NCBI RefSeq assembly: GCF_000143415.4
Contig: NW_003314325.1
Location: forward strand, 1,024,086-1,088,085
Length of the DNA stretch: 64,000 bases
From: Selaginella moellendorffii
Lineage: Eukaryota; Plantae; Lycopodiophyta
Direction of reading: 5' to 3'
Every line of letters begins with the position of its first letter. The first letter of the stretch is position 1. Shown here one piece after another: positions 25,280 through 37,943 of the stretch. Position numbers and translations under genes: made by a program. A model generated the notes under the pieces. It worked only from the letters and a program-made list of their open reading frames with translations. It searched no databases and was not told the origin of the DNA.

Positions 25280-28200
25280 TTAATTGAATTTTGCATAAGT
25301 ACATAAAGTTCTGCCTTGCAGAAATTCCTCCACTAGATCTCGAGCGTTCGCTAGGTTCTCCTCCGGTTCCCATGTTGCTTCGCAGTGTGGAAATCCTTTC
25401 CACTTCACATGGAACTCTCTCACCTCGCGTCCTTGTCGCTTGCTCTTGCGCGCATTGAGGATGGCCTCGACTTCGTATTCCTCTTCCCCTTGGATAACCT
25501 CAGGTAAAGGTCTCACTTGGTCCTTGCGAAGTGGATCCTCAAAGTACGGCTTGAGTAAGTTCACGTGGAACACTGGGTGCATCTTCCCCATCTCTCGAGG
25601 AAGTCGGAGTCGGTAAGCCACTTTACCGATTCGTGCCTCAATTTCATAAGGCCCCGCGAACCTGCTTAAGGAACTCAAGATCAATTCATTTACAGGAATA
25701 CATGCGTCTTTACCTTTGGGTCAACTTTCGGCTGATCCAGCTTGGTAGTCTGAGGTTCTTGGTGTTCAGCCACACCTTCTCCCCAGCTTGGAACTCCACA
25801 TCCCGACGCTTTTGGTTCGCGTACTTAGTTTGCCTTTGTTGAGCCCGTTCCAAGGAATCCCTCACTAGATTCCAAATGTTGAGTCTTTCCGCCGTGAATG
25901 CCTCCACTGCGGGTAACTCTCCATGATACTCGGCCACGCCGAGTTCCACAGGACCTTCAATAGCTCGCCCATTGATGACTTCCCATGGACTCACCCCGAT
26001 GCTTGAGTGTGGTGAGTTGTTATAACACATTTCCGCAAGTCCCAAATGACTTACCCAGTCGGTCTGGTCTCCCGAGACATAGCATCGCAAATAATCCTCC
26101 AGCTGCCTATTCACCCTTTCCGTTTGTCCGTCTGTCAAGAAGTGTTAGTGCCATCAATCTTGACTTAATACCCATTACCTGTCTGTGGGTGATAGGCTGT
26201 GCTGAATTTCAATTTGGTGCGATACTGTTCTAGGAGTGTCCTCCAGAACCTACTAGTGAAGATCTTATCTCGATCTGAGATAATCTCTTCCGGCCTTCCC
26301 CGCACTCGAACCACTTGTTCAAAGAACAGCTTCGCCACACCTTCCGCATCCACGTCCGTTGTGGTGGGTATGAAATGTGCCATCTTTGAAAATCGGTCCA
26401 CCACCACGAATATCGCATCAAACCCCTCGCTTGGGGGTAGTCCCGTGATGAAGTCCATCGTAAGGCATTTCCACGGGCGATCTGGAATTGGGATGCTTTG
26501 CAACAAGCCCCCACTAGCCTTAGTCACGGCTTTGACCTGCTGACATGTTGGACATGTCTTTACATAGTCTTGGACGTCCTTAGCCATATCTGGCCAATGG
26601 TACTTCCTCTTGAGTAAGCCCATCGTCTTGGGCACTCCGCCGTGTCCCGCAAGAGGTCCGTCATGACACTCTTCTAAGGCCACCTTCCTTAGTTCCCCTT
26701 CTAGAACATACACCCTCGTTTGCTTGTAATAAATGAGTCCGTTGCGTTCCGCATAGCCCGTTTTCTCTTCCGTTGGCAGCTCACCTCTCTGGTGAGCTTC
26801 CCGCGCCTCTAGATTCCTCAGCAACACTTCTTGTGCTAGACCATCGTTCTCATATGCTGTCCGCACATCGTCCCAGAAGGTTGCTGTTGCGCTGGATATT
26901 GCCAACTTCAAGCTCGCTTTTCGACTTAGCGCATCCGCCACGATGTTGCTCTTCCCAGGCTTGTACAGAATTTCGCAATCAAACTCGGCCAAGGCATTGG
27001 CCCACCGACCTTGTTTCCCTCTTAGGTCGGGCTGTGACAAGAAGTGTTTCGTCGCCACATTGTCCGTGTAAACCTTGAAGTGTCTCCCAAGGTAGTGTCG
27101 CCACTCCTTGAGTGCCTTGACCACCGCAAACAATTCTTTCTCATGGGCAGGCCACTTCCGTTGAGCCTTGTCCAGCTTCTTCGAGAAGAACGCTACCGGA
27201 TGGTTGTCTTGCTTCAGAACTGCGCCCAACGCAAAGTCCGAAGCATCCGTTTCTACCTCAAAGTCCTTACCAAAGTCTGGCAATGCCAATACGGGAGCCT
27301 TCCTCAACTTCCCTTTGAGGTGGACGAATGCCGCCTCGCATTCTGCTGTCCATACCATCTTCCCTTTTCCTGTTTGGTCCGTTAAGGGCAGGGCTACTCT
27401 CGAATAGTGTCTGATAAACTTTCGATAGTAGTTGCATAGCCCCAGGAACGCCCTCAACTCATGTACATTCGATGGTCACTCCCATTCCTGGATCGCTTGG
27501 ACCTTCTCCGGGTCCACCTTGAGCCCGTCCTGGCCCACCACATGCCCGAGAAACTTTACCTCTTGTTGAGCAAAGTCACATTTGCTCTCTTTAGCATACA
27601 GCTTGTGTTCCCTTAGTTTCTCAAACACCTTCGCCAAGTGTTCGGCATGCTCTTCTAGCGTCTCGCTATAGATCAGGATGTCGTCGATATAGACGACCAC
27701 GAAGTGATCCAGATAGGGTACAAAGACGTGGTTCATTAGCGCCGAAAACGTTGCCGGCGCATTACATAGCCCGAAGGGCATCACCAGAAACTCAAAGCTC
27801 CTATACCTCGTTCGACAGGTTGTCTTCTCGACATCTTCCTCGGCTACCCTGATCTGGTAGTATCCTGACCTTAGGTCAATCCTCGAGAAGTATTTTGCCT
27901 TTCCCAACCTATCGAACAGGTCCTCAATCCTTGGCAAAGGGTACTTGTTCTTCTTTGTATACTTGTTGAGCAAGCGGTAGTCTATGCACATGCGCATAGA
28001 TCCATCTTTCTTTTTCACAAATAACACCGGCGCCCGATACGGCGACTTGCTCAACCTAACATACCCTTTGTCCACCAACTCCTCTAGTTGGCACTTGAGC
28101 TCCTTGAGTTCTTTTTCGTTCAAACGATAAGGGGGACGAACCACTGCCTCAGCACCCTCGACCAGCTCAATCTTATGTTCTATCGGTCGTGCTGGGGGCA

Positions 28201-29281
28201 GCCCCGCCGGTAGCTCCTCCGGCATGGTATCCTGGAATTGGTCCAACACCCGCTGGATCACTAAAGGCACTTCTTCCGTTCTTGTCTTTTTGTCACTCTT
28301 CACCGAGAGTAAGCACAAAAAGGCTGCCTTAGTTCCTTTAGTGAGTTGTCCTCTCGTGGACACCAGGTTTAAGCAGGATTCTTTGGCCTTGCTTTGCCCT
28401 ACCTTTAGATCCTGGGCTTCCACCCTAGATCTTCTTCCTTGGGCATTCGCCAGTACCACAAGGTTCCTACCTTGTCCATGTAGGGCTACCACGAACCGAT
28501 TGAACCAATCCATTCCGAAGATCACGTCAAATCCCGCCATGTCCAACACGGTGAAATCCATGTCTACCTTCCAAGTCCCTACTTCGACTTTCGCTTGTCG
28601 AAGTACCTCATCGGTGCTTTGGCTACCTTGAACAAACTCTATAGTCCTTGGTTCGCCTAGCCGCTGCACCGTTAGTCCGGCTTGCCGGACTATGTCTGCA
28701 GCCACAAAATTATCCGAAGCACCCGTGTCAATAAGGATCTTAACAAAGCTACCTCCGAGCTTCCCTCGGAGGGCTAGTAGATGTCGCGAACGACTCTCTA
28801 CCAAAGTTGCTCGTGTAATGAGTAACTTTGAGTTAGGGACTGGATCACATACCTCATTTTGGACTTCGCCCGACTTGATGGCCATATTGGCTCTGGCCTT
28901 CTTCGGGTAGGGACATTCCCTTGAAAAGTGTCCCGCTTCACCGCAGTTATAGCATACGTTGTTTCCCACGCTGCTATATGACTTGACCTTCTTATCCGTG
29001 GGTTTGTCTCTTTTCGCTTGACTCCCCCACGTACTTGCTCGCTGGCCACCGGATTTGCCTTTCCGAAATCCCGAGGACTCATTCTTAGAGAAACTCTTCT
29101 TGAATTTCCCCCTGCTATATGTTCCCCTCGGTTTGGCCCCTTTGTGAAATGTGGATCCCGACCCCGTCGTGTTCCCCTTTCGCAGGTTATCGTTGAAATG
29201 CACCTTGATGGCCGCATCCAACGCTTCCTTGTAGTTGGTCGGGTTCCAGCGCATCACCTCACCGCGAGCCCAGGTTTGCAA
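25280..29281 (-). pseudogene. Chromovirus gag(C-terminal)-PR-RT-RNaseH-IN-chromodomain polyprotein with two introns and one premature stop
   Basis: CCHC knuckle, DTGAS, YIDDIL, ETDAS, HHCC, MDFITGLP, HPQTDGQTE (after splicing), GPY, chromodomain YEVEAIL..KWKGF..TWEP; in-frame TGA at 27476-27478; introns 26132-26178 and 25662-25713. Confidence 0.93.
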
Positions 29282-30624
29282 ACCGGACTAGCCAGATGTC
29301 AATCAACATGTGGTGTGATTCCCTTAGCCAACCAACAGAGTCGGACCCGAGACCGCTCCGATACCAAATGTAAGCTCCTGAGTTTGGACTTCCCGGGAGG
29401 TCACCCAGCCCAGTACTATTCAAACCCAAGGACGCTTAACTCCAAATATCCCAAGACCCTTAACCAATTGGAAAAGGGGGTGCACTCTTTTTCATGGGCC
29501 CTTTCCCTCTATATTTGAACCCCATGGACCGTCTCTCGAGTCGTTCCCTTTGGTTGCTTACAATCCACCACGCTTCCCTGCAAGTTCACGCCCTCGTGAA
29601 CGGAAGCTGAGAGCCGCAGCTCTCCCGAGAGCCCCGCTCTCTTGACACCCTACCCCTCGGGTCGAGCCCAGTGGGAGCAAACTGGACCAGCCAGATGTCA
29701 ATCAACATGTGGTGTGATTCCCTTAGCCAACCAACAGAGTCGGACCCGAGACCGCTCCGATACCAAATGTAAGCTCCTGAGTTTGGACTTCCCGGGAGGT
29801 CACCCAGCCCAGTACTATTCAAACCCAAGGACGCTTAACCCCAAGTATCCCAAGACCCTTAACCGATTGGAAAAGGGGGTGCACTCTTTGTCACTTCGGT
29901 CAAGCTTTTGGGGATCCTTTAGCCTACGACATCTCGGGGAGTCGGTTCCTTACAGGTTGTTCCAGCATTTATCAAGGGTAGCCTCGGCTACCATTTCGAG
30001 GACTTGTGTCCTCTCCTGTATTTAACCTCCCATGGTCATCAATTCCGGTCTCAAAGTTATGAGCACCAGCCTCAACTATATGAGGGACTCCTTTATTGTT
30101 TTGGAGTCTGCATCTTTCCCGTGATCCCACTATAGTTTTTTACCACAACTATGTTAGCCCGTTTGCTACGTCAAATGCTCATAAGCTCTATTTCGTTAAA
30201 GTGGGAATTGTCATTATCCCACTTGTAAAATAAGGTTTCCAAACCTTTATATAGTATATAAATATAATAAAATTCAACTGCATTGAGGCACATGCCATTT
30301 TATTTTAAACAAGGAAATGTCTACTCAATCACTTCTCCTCCCCCTGCCACTACTTCACCTCTCTCTTCTCTTTGTCATCGTTGTCCAATTTCTTTCCATC
30401 CTTTTAATATTGGCTCAATTGCTCTGAGTCTAGGTGGAGCCCAAGTCCCCATTCAATCTTTACTTTCCCCTTATTAATAAAACAACTTCGTAGACTTCCA
30501 ATAACATGCTGTAACACTTCTAGTATAATGAAAATCCTCTCAAAGAATTGTCTTTTAATATTAATACAATGGCATGGAACACCATGCCATAATAAGTTAC
30601 ATTTTTAAATAAATACATGCCATC

Positions 30625-32210
30625 TCAGACTGTTATTTTTTGCCTCCAACGCCTATACAATAATCTTGGAATTTCATCACTCTCCACACTATCAGGATTT
30701 AAACCCAATAGTAATGCCATCTCTTCTCTAATACGTCCACGCTCATGTTCAGTGGTCGAAGAACCCATCCGCAAGGCGTTGAGCTTCAAATCATTGGGCT
30801 TCCGGCCGTCCTCCACACCCATTGAGTTTAGCAACTCCCCGTCATGGTACCTCCTCAGCACATCTACCCATTTGTCAAAAACAACTTTTGTCGCGAGTAG
30901 AATGTTATGGATGCTGAGTGTGTCATTGACCCCCAGTGTTTTCGAGAGAAGACTCGAGAATTCTTGCAATGGAAATGGCGTGAGGCCACATGCTATGCCA
31001 CATGCAACGAGGCTTACCTGCCAGGCGCTAGTTGCTAGTGCACGTCCTTGTCCTGGTTTTTGTGGCTTCTTTAGTTGAACCCAGAGCTTCCGTGTTCGTG
31101 CCAATGTCTCGTGCAGACCCGATTTGTAGCACGTTTCTTGCTTGACATTCTGCGCGTGGGAGATGTATATGATAGATCGGAGGGGCGAGTTGCCTTTTAT
31201 CAGGCGGACAACTCTTGTCTTGAAGACTTTCTTCACCTCCTCGCCCACCATAATATCCACAACTATCTCTTGCATCGCCAAGCTAGAATGCTGCCCGGAG
31301 ACGGCATAGAACCGGATGTTCTGATCATCCAACACCTTCCTATTGATCAAGTCTGGAAACCTCGTATAACCCTTCATTGTTCAGTAGTAGGGGATCACGT
31401 CTGCGATGTCGGGTGTTACTAGACTTGCCAGCATCTTCTGCTTCAGTTTCTCCACCCACTCATCAGATACTAGCCTGTGGTTGTATTTGCTTTGGATGTC
31501 GATATGGCTCACGTCGATTGTATATACTTTGTTGGAATAGTAACAAGTACTATTATCTGCGATGATTTTTGCTGCCTCTTCTTGCTCTTTCTGCTCTTTG
31601 CGGCTCTTCTTTTTGGTGGGTGTAGTGTTCGAACCCGAGGCAATGGCATCACCGAGTAGCTTCTTTTTTGGAGTAGGAACGTCGGCTTGAGCTTGACCAC
31701 CCTTTTCTGCTTCGGGGTAGTTTCCAGATCGACCCCCTTCCCCTTCGCTTCGCAAACTGGAGGCACTCTCAACGGCTCAATGTTGGAATATAGTTTTTGA
31801 ACATCGCCGTAGGTGAGGTCCGTGGATTCCATGTGATCTTTATAGACCCGCAGCGTCTTTGAAATTGTGGGCCTCCTGGACAACCTCTCCCTAGCTCCCT
31901 CTAGGAATTCCTCATAGCCGCTGCCCCCCTCCGGGAAGCCGCTAGGATGTGCAAGGTGGATCTTGAAGGCAGACATTGTCTCTACCACAAGTGCCAGTCC
32001 ATATTCTTGCATGGAACTGCATGGATTATCTGTCACTTGGATGAGGATCCCCATGCATTCTTTTCTCCCACCATCTGTGTTGTACAGCCTTAGATCCTCG
32101 CCTTCCATCCCGAAAGTCCAACTAGTGAGCTCCTCCCCCTTCTCTGCATCCAGATTGACAGTGGCCGGAAGAAGAACGCAATTCCTCGCCTGTTCAGAAA
32201 TGCACAACAA
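30625..32210 (-). pseudogene. Spliced gene with a ParB/Srx-like domain (frameshifted)
   Basis: VYTIDVSHIDIQSKYNHRLVSDEWVEKLKQKM..FYAVSGQHSSLAM..RVVRLI; basic NLS-like stretch; in-frame 54-nt GTAAGC..AG intron at ~30964-31017. Confidence 0.6.
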
Positions 32211-33016
32211 TTAGAGCTGACAGATGAAAAGCTAGCAGCTGGAAATAACGTGAAGCCACACACCATTCACCACTGCATCAGATGTCTTGAGGCTGCATCC
32301 TAAGATGGCGTGAGGCTACACGCCATCTGTAACCGGATTGCACTCGAGAGCCCAATCGGTGCATGCCAATGTTGCTATTGAATGGCATGTGGCCTCATGC
32401 CATTTTCTACTTGGCCTAAAAGACTTACCATTTGAAGCCGAATGGAGGCGTGACAATCGAGGCCGGATTCGCTGGCGAATGTGCATTGTGTGTGTAGCGG
32501 ATCGTAGCAGCAAGGCTACTCTGCCACTTACAGTTGGAGAGTGGCACTAAAATCTCCCGGGACGCCAAGTGGGCTGCGTGTGGGTGGCGGACTGGGCGGC
32601 AGAGTTGGCGGCGAAGTTACAAACTAGGTGTGTCTTGAAGCGGACGCCGATGCACACGAGTGCGATGCGAGCGCGAGTGTGATGCAAGCGCGAGTGGACG
32701 CCAATGCACACGAGAAACCTGTAGAGAAGGTAGATGAGTGTGAATGTGAGCGTGATCGCCAGTGGGAGCGCGATGTGAGCGCGAGTACGATGCAAAACCT
32801 AACCTCACACGCGCAAAATGTCACGACGGTTGGTAATCCCGCAACGTCATTATTCCTCGGATTTGGGCGCCACTATTAATTTATGGATCGCCGCGCGCAT
32901 GCATGCACGTGAAATCCAAAAGAAATCCGCAACATCATCATTCCTCGGACTGCATGCATGCGAAATCCAAAAGAAAGATCATGATTGGGATATCATTTAA
33001 TATGCCGAGCAGTTAT

Positions 33017-34487
33017 ACGGCGAATAATCTTGGTGCGGATCGCTGACATGGCATGGCAAAGTTTGAATCACTGACATGGCACAGCTGGATCGAGGCAAGG
33101 ACATGATGTGACAAAGTTCAACGTCCGACAACAAAGTCTAGAAGCTAGTCAGTTTGAAATTTGTTCAGAGGAATTATAAGATCTGGTTTGTCAGAGGATT
33201 TGATGTGACGTTCAAGCGTGTGGGCTCATGCAATTTTGATCCCAAAAAATGCACCGAGAAATGCTCGGCGTCATCTGGCGTTATCTCTTGAATGGCGTGG
33301 GGCCGCATGCCATTTTCAAGGGCACATAGGAGTATATTCTTAGAATATTCTGACACGTGCGAGATTTGTTTGACTTTTCTGGAGATCCAACCGTTAGATC
33401 ACAACTAGATTTTACAGAATGGTATACAATGTCTTTCTTGATGACCCTGCAAAGAAGCATCTCGATCAGACACCACATGAGACCACACGAGCCTTACAAT
33501 GTTTCAGAGGCATTTGCCATAGATCCGACTGTTATTTTGCTCCAAGATTTTACAGTTTGGTGTGCATTGACCTTTCCATCGACACTGCAAAGGGACATCA
33601 CAATCAGATGCGGGATCACAAGAAACTAACTTCACTAACTCTGGTTTCACCAAGATCTACGTAAGGAGTTATGAAATGAAATGACTTTCTCTATTGAAAT
33701 GTGTTTATGGTCCTAGGGGCATTGTGACATATCAAAGGATTTTGCATCAAGTTCTGTATTTGCATGTTTATCAAGCTACTGAATTGCTAAACCCTAAACC
33801 CTAAACCCTAAACATGTGGCAAATGCTGCGTAAAGAAAGATGCCCTTTCTGGGCAAATGCTGTAAGAGGCAGATGCCGAGCAAATGTATCTCAGGCTAGC
33901 GAAGGGGACATACGAAAGCTAGCTATAAACATGACGGGATGCAAATAGATTACTAGGCTGGTCCTGCGAAAATCAAAAACCATAATTGAAAACATTGAAA
34001 ATGCAAAAAGAAAGGTTTATAATATTTTTGAATTTTAAACAACCAAAAGAATGTAAGTAGAGCATGTGTTTGTAAGTTTAAAAATGCCTAAACCACTTAA
34101 ATTCCCAAGTAAATAAAGCTGTTTCTATTTTTGGTACAGGTAAACTTTATAGCGTGTGGGCTCATGCAATTTTGAACCAAAAAATGCACCAAAAAATGCT
34201 CGACTAGCATTATTCTTTGAATGGCATGTGGCCTTATATTGCCATAAATGGACGTACACACACAGCATAATTATTCCTTTACACGGCAAATAATCTTGGC
34301 GCGGATCGCTGACATGGCATGGCAAAGTTCAAATCACTGACATGGCACAGCTGGATCGAGGCAAGGACATGATGTGACAAAGTTCAACCTCCGACAGCAA
34401 AGTCTAGAAGCTACTCAGTTTGAAATTTGTCAGAGGAATCATAAGATCTGGTTTGTCAGAGGATTTGATGTGACGTTCAAGCGTGTG
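33017..34487. repeat. Permuted direct repeats (X-Y ... Y-X) flanking a spacer with (CTAAACC)n
   Basis: X ~33017-33222 = ~34283-34487; Y ~33215-33315 = ~34151-34247; telomere-type repeat at 33787-33813. Confidence 0.8.
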
Positions 34488-35107
34488 TTATTTTTGAATT
34501 CTCGAATTCATTCCTAGGTCTATCATTTTTGTGCGCCGTGTTCTTGGTTCCGCTGAGCGCAGTGAGCGCTGCTTGTGTAAGCGGCGTTGTGAGCTGTGGT
34601 TTATGCGTCTACGAGCGGTTGCGGCATTGCGAGCGCCATTGCGAGCGGCAGTTTATACGAGTGGCAGTTTGTGCGAGCTGCGCTACGAGCAGTTGCGGTG
34701 TTGCGAGTGGCGCTACGAGTAGTTGCGGTGTTGCGAGCGGCACTGTCTTTGGTGTGGCTACCGCTTCCTCTTGATATTCGGCACTTGTGCTTCCTGGTAT
34801 GTTCACCATGGAATGGCTTAGGACCACATTTAGAAATGGCATGAGGCCACATGCCATCTTGGGCCCTTGCAATTTCATGGCTACCATATTGTCATGTATG
34901 TTTTTACTTATGTGTGTCGACGTCCGTGACTAAATGGCATGAGGGCTCATGCCAATTTTGTGAATGCGAAATTTCACGTGGGTGTCAATAGCATGTTTGA
35001 ATAATGGCATGTGGCCTCATGCTATTGAGGTTGTTTGGTATGTTATGATTTAGGCCATTCTCCAATCATTTTTTGTATGGTCTTAACTTCTTTTCTGCAC
35101 TTTCAGA

Positions 35108-37943
35108 ATGGCCTCCGCAAGTGCGACGCATGTTCCCTCCGTGGATCTTAAGAACCGTGCTACATGGATTCAGGCAAAGGTGTTTCTAAACAACCCCGAG
35201 GGGGAGGTGGTAGCTGAGGGCTTAGCCACAGTTATTGATCTAAGAGATGCGGTTGCTAATCAAGAATTGGGCTGGGATGATATTAGAGTTGCGATTTTAG
35301 AGGTTGTTGATACAGAAGAAAACAGTCTGAATATTGGAAGCATTGTGCGGTGGAAATTGAGGCACTTAGTGTTTGAGAATGTGAAGGATTCACAATCAAA
35401 CACCACTACAACTGATGACAGAACATCTCTTCATGGGAAAAGAAAGTACACCTTCCTAAAGCGCAGCCAAAGGGATCTGAGCAACGAACCGAAAAGGCAG
35501 AAAATGGCAATGGAGGTTCGAATGGTCTCGACAGTTGCTTGTTGCAAGAGGAGGTGCTGTCAACATGCTGATTGGGATGCTATTGAAGAGGAGAGAGCAA
35601 GATACAAGACATTGTCCTGGAAGGCAGCTCGCAATTTTGTGTATGAGGCATTACGGTCATCTGTTGATGCTTCAGAACATCAGGTGGGGGGCATGGTCTT
35701 CCAGAGGGGTTTGGTCTGCATGAAGGCATGGAGAATCATTTATGGAGTCCCTCGAACCACATTCTACAGAATCAAAACTGAGTTCGAGGAACAAAGGGTT
35801 CAACAGGCAGTCCATGGGAACGATGGTACTCACAAAACCAGGGGTCATGTTGTATATGGAGAGGCAATCTTCAAAAGGTTTGTCGAAACATGTAGCGAGT
35901 AGCAACCACATAAAACCCGCCTCTCGGAAGATGGAACTCGAGACACCCAACGAGTTCTCCCTTCCATGTATACCAAGGGGGCCATATTGGAAGATGTGAA
36001 TCGGGAACTCCAGAGTAATGGCTACAGGAAGCTGAGCCAATCTAGATTTAGTAGATTGTGGAGCAACAGGTTCAGAGATGTGAGTATAGGAAAGTACTCC
36101 AGCTTTTCAAAGTGTGACGAGTGCACTGCTATCAAAATGGCTTTGTCGAAGAATTCTTGCATCGCTCAAGAGCGAGAGACGTTGGTTAGAAGGCGGCTCG
36201 ACCACAACATCGAGCTGAGAAGCTGCAGGATTGCATATTATCATAACAAGATTCTCTCCATGGAGAGACCTGACTCTTACCTCTGCATCATCCACGACAA
36301 AATGGACCAGAAAAAGACGTGCTTACCTCGACTCAATCCTGCCCCCAAGGCAATCTCTTCATCCATGCAGCTGCCTGTGTCTCTGTTTGGCATAATCGCT
36401 CATGGGCATGGTGCCCAGAACTATGGGAACTTCTTTATACCTCTATGGGGTGGCGGGGGTGCAAACATGATGATTGCGTCTCTAGCAAAACACTTCTCTG
36501 CAAAGTGCGCAGACTGAGCTGAATGGCCAACCCTTGCATAAGGCCCTTGTCGATCGAACCCCATACAGGGTTCAGCTGGAGGAGGAGCAAAGGCTTGCAG
36601 TATCGCATGGGGCCCCATGCCATCCCAGTGAATATGTTGGCTGTCAGATTGTAGGGTTATCATGTGAGGCCTCATGCCATTCTGACGAGGCTGGTCGCCC
36701 GGTGAATGCACAGCCTCATCCAAACGAAGCAGAATCTCAAGGAAGTTCTTGTGGCCGATGTGGCCTTCCACCCCATCTTCTGCTCCAAACAGACAATGCT
36801 GGCAGTGAGAACAAAAACATGTACGTCTTCGCGTACTTGGCGATGCTTGTTGCCAAAGGCATATTTGAAACGGTTACACTTGGCTTTCTCATGCTTGGGC
36901 ACACTCATGAAGACGTCGATGCCATGTTCAGTCACCTGGCAGAGTCCCTTCGGCGATCCAATGTCCTCACCCTCCCACAACTCTACGATGAATTCCAAAA
37001 TTGCATCAAAGGCACTGTTGAAGCTGCACTTGTGACAGAGGTTCCAGACTTTAAGGGGTTTGTAAGAGGCTACATCAGGGACAGATTCGAAACGCTGATT
37101 GGCCACTCCAAGCCTCTTCAATTTCATTTCAGCATGCGTAACGGTGCTCCAGATATGAGGTACAAGATGAGAGAATGGGACATAGTGTGGCTGCCAGTGG
37201 ATGGCATTGAACTCTTCAAGAGAGATCCCATAACTGGGGAACCTATGATTCCTCAGGGTTCCCCACGGCCGATGCACCCGGATGGACTCAAAGACCAGGA
37301 AAGTATAGTGGCCGGGATTAGACAGCATATTGCCTTCTGGAAGAGGGGGTTGGTGTTTGGTGGAGAATCCTATTTTCAGAGGTGCAAGCCTTTGCTCGAA
37401 TACTGGGAGAAGATTATATCTGCTATCCAAAATGGGCCGGTTGTATATGAAGAATTGGAAGAGTCTTTTTGGCCAGAACCCAGAGCACCAGATAGTAGCG
37501 GAACAATGTCCTCTGGAAATGCAGTGACAGATAACGATGTTGAGGATCACTATTGTGGGCCGAGGAACAAGAAGCCGGATTCAGCATTCAATCTAGTACA
37601 GGTCTGCAAAGGAATGGTCGTGCTTGTCAAACCCAGTAATAAAAAACAAATGATATGGGTGGGGCGCTGCATCACTGATGCAGAGGAGGACGCGGAAACT
37701 AACTCCTTCAATGTAACTGTGGAGTGGTTCAAGCCAAGTTCTGGATATACGAAGGATTGCCTAGAAAAGAGATGGGTGTTGAATCCAAGGGATCCCAGCA
37801 TGAGTATATCGGTGGATAATATTGTGCATGGTTGGATGCGGAAGCAGAGTGCCACCATCACCTTGCCAGACCATGCAAGAGATGCAGCAAGAGCATTCAT
37901 AACCCGGGTTCAAGGTGAGATTATGTATTTTATTTCAAGGTGA
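35108..37943 (+). pseudogene. Sola-like DDE transposase (in-frame stop at 35900-35902, disruption near 36517)
   Basis: FSKCDEC, IIHDKMDQ, LLLQTDNAGSENKN, FLMLGHTHEDVDAMFS; N-terminal VVAEG..VRW domain; C-terminal beta-rich domain. Confidence 0.8.

Larger units (their letters stand above)
23025..29954 (-). mobile_element. Six-LTR chromovirus/TRIM composite insertion
   Basis: Perfect TSD GGTTG (23020-23024, 29955-29959). LTR-A (194 bp) at 23025, 23424, 23823, 29369; LTR-B (187 bp) at 24690, 29768. An iMet-type PBS lies next to five of the LTRs. Confidence 0.92.

Noticed and set aside
27476-27478. Programmed readthrough between RT and RNase H
   Set aside because: More simply a CGA->TGA deamination; not a usual recoding position.
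36672-37550. 292-aa antisense ORF in the transposase
   Set aside because: Shadow of the sense transposase ORF with no recognisable motif.
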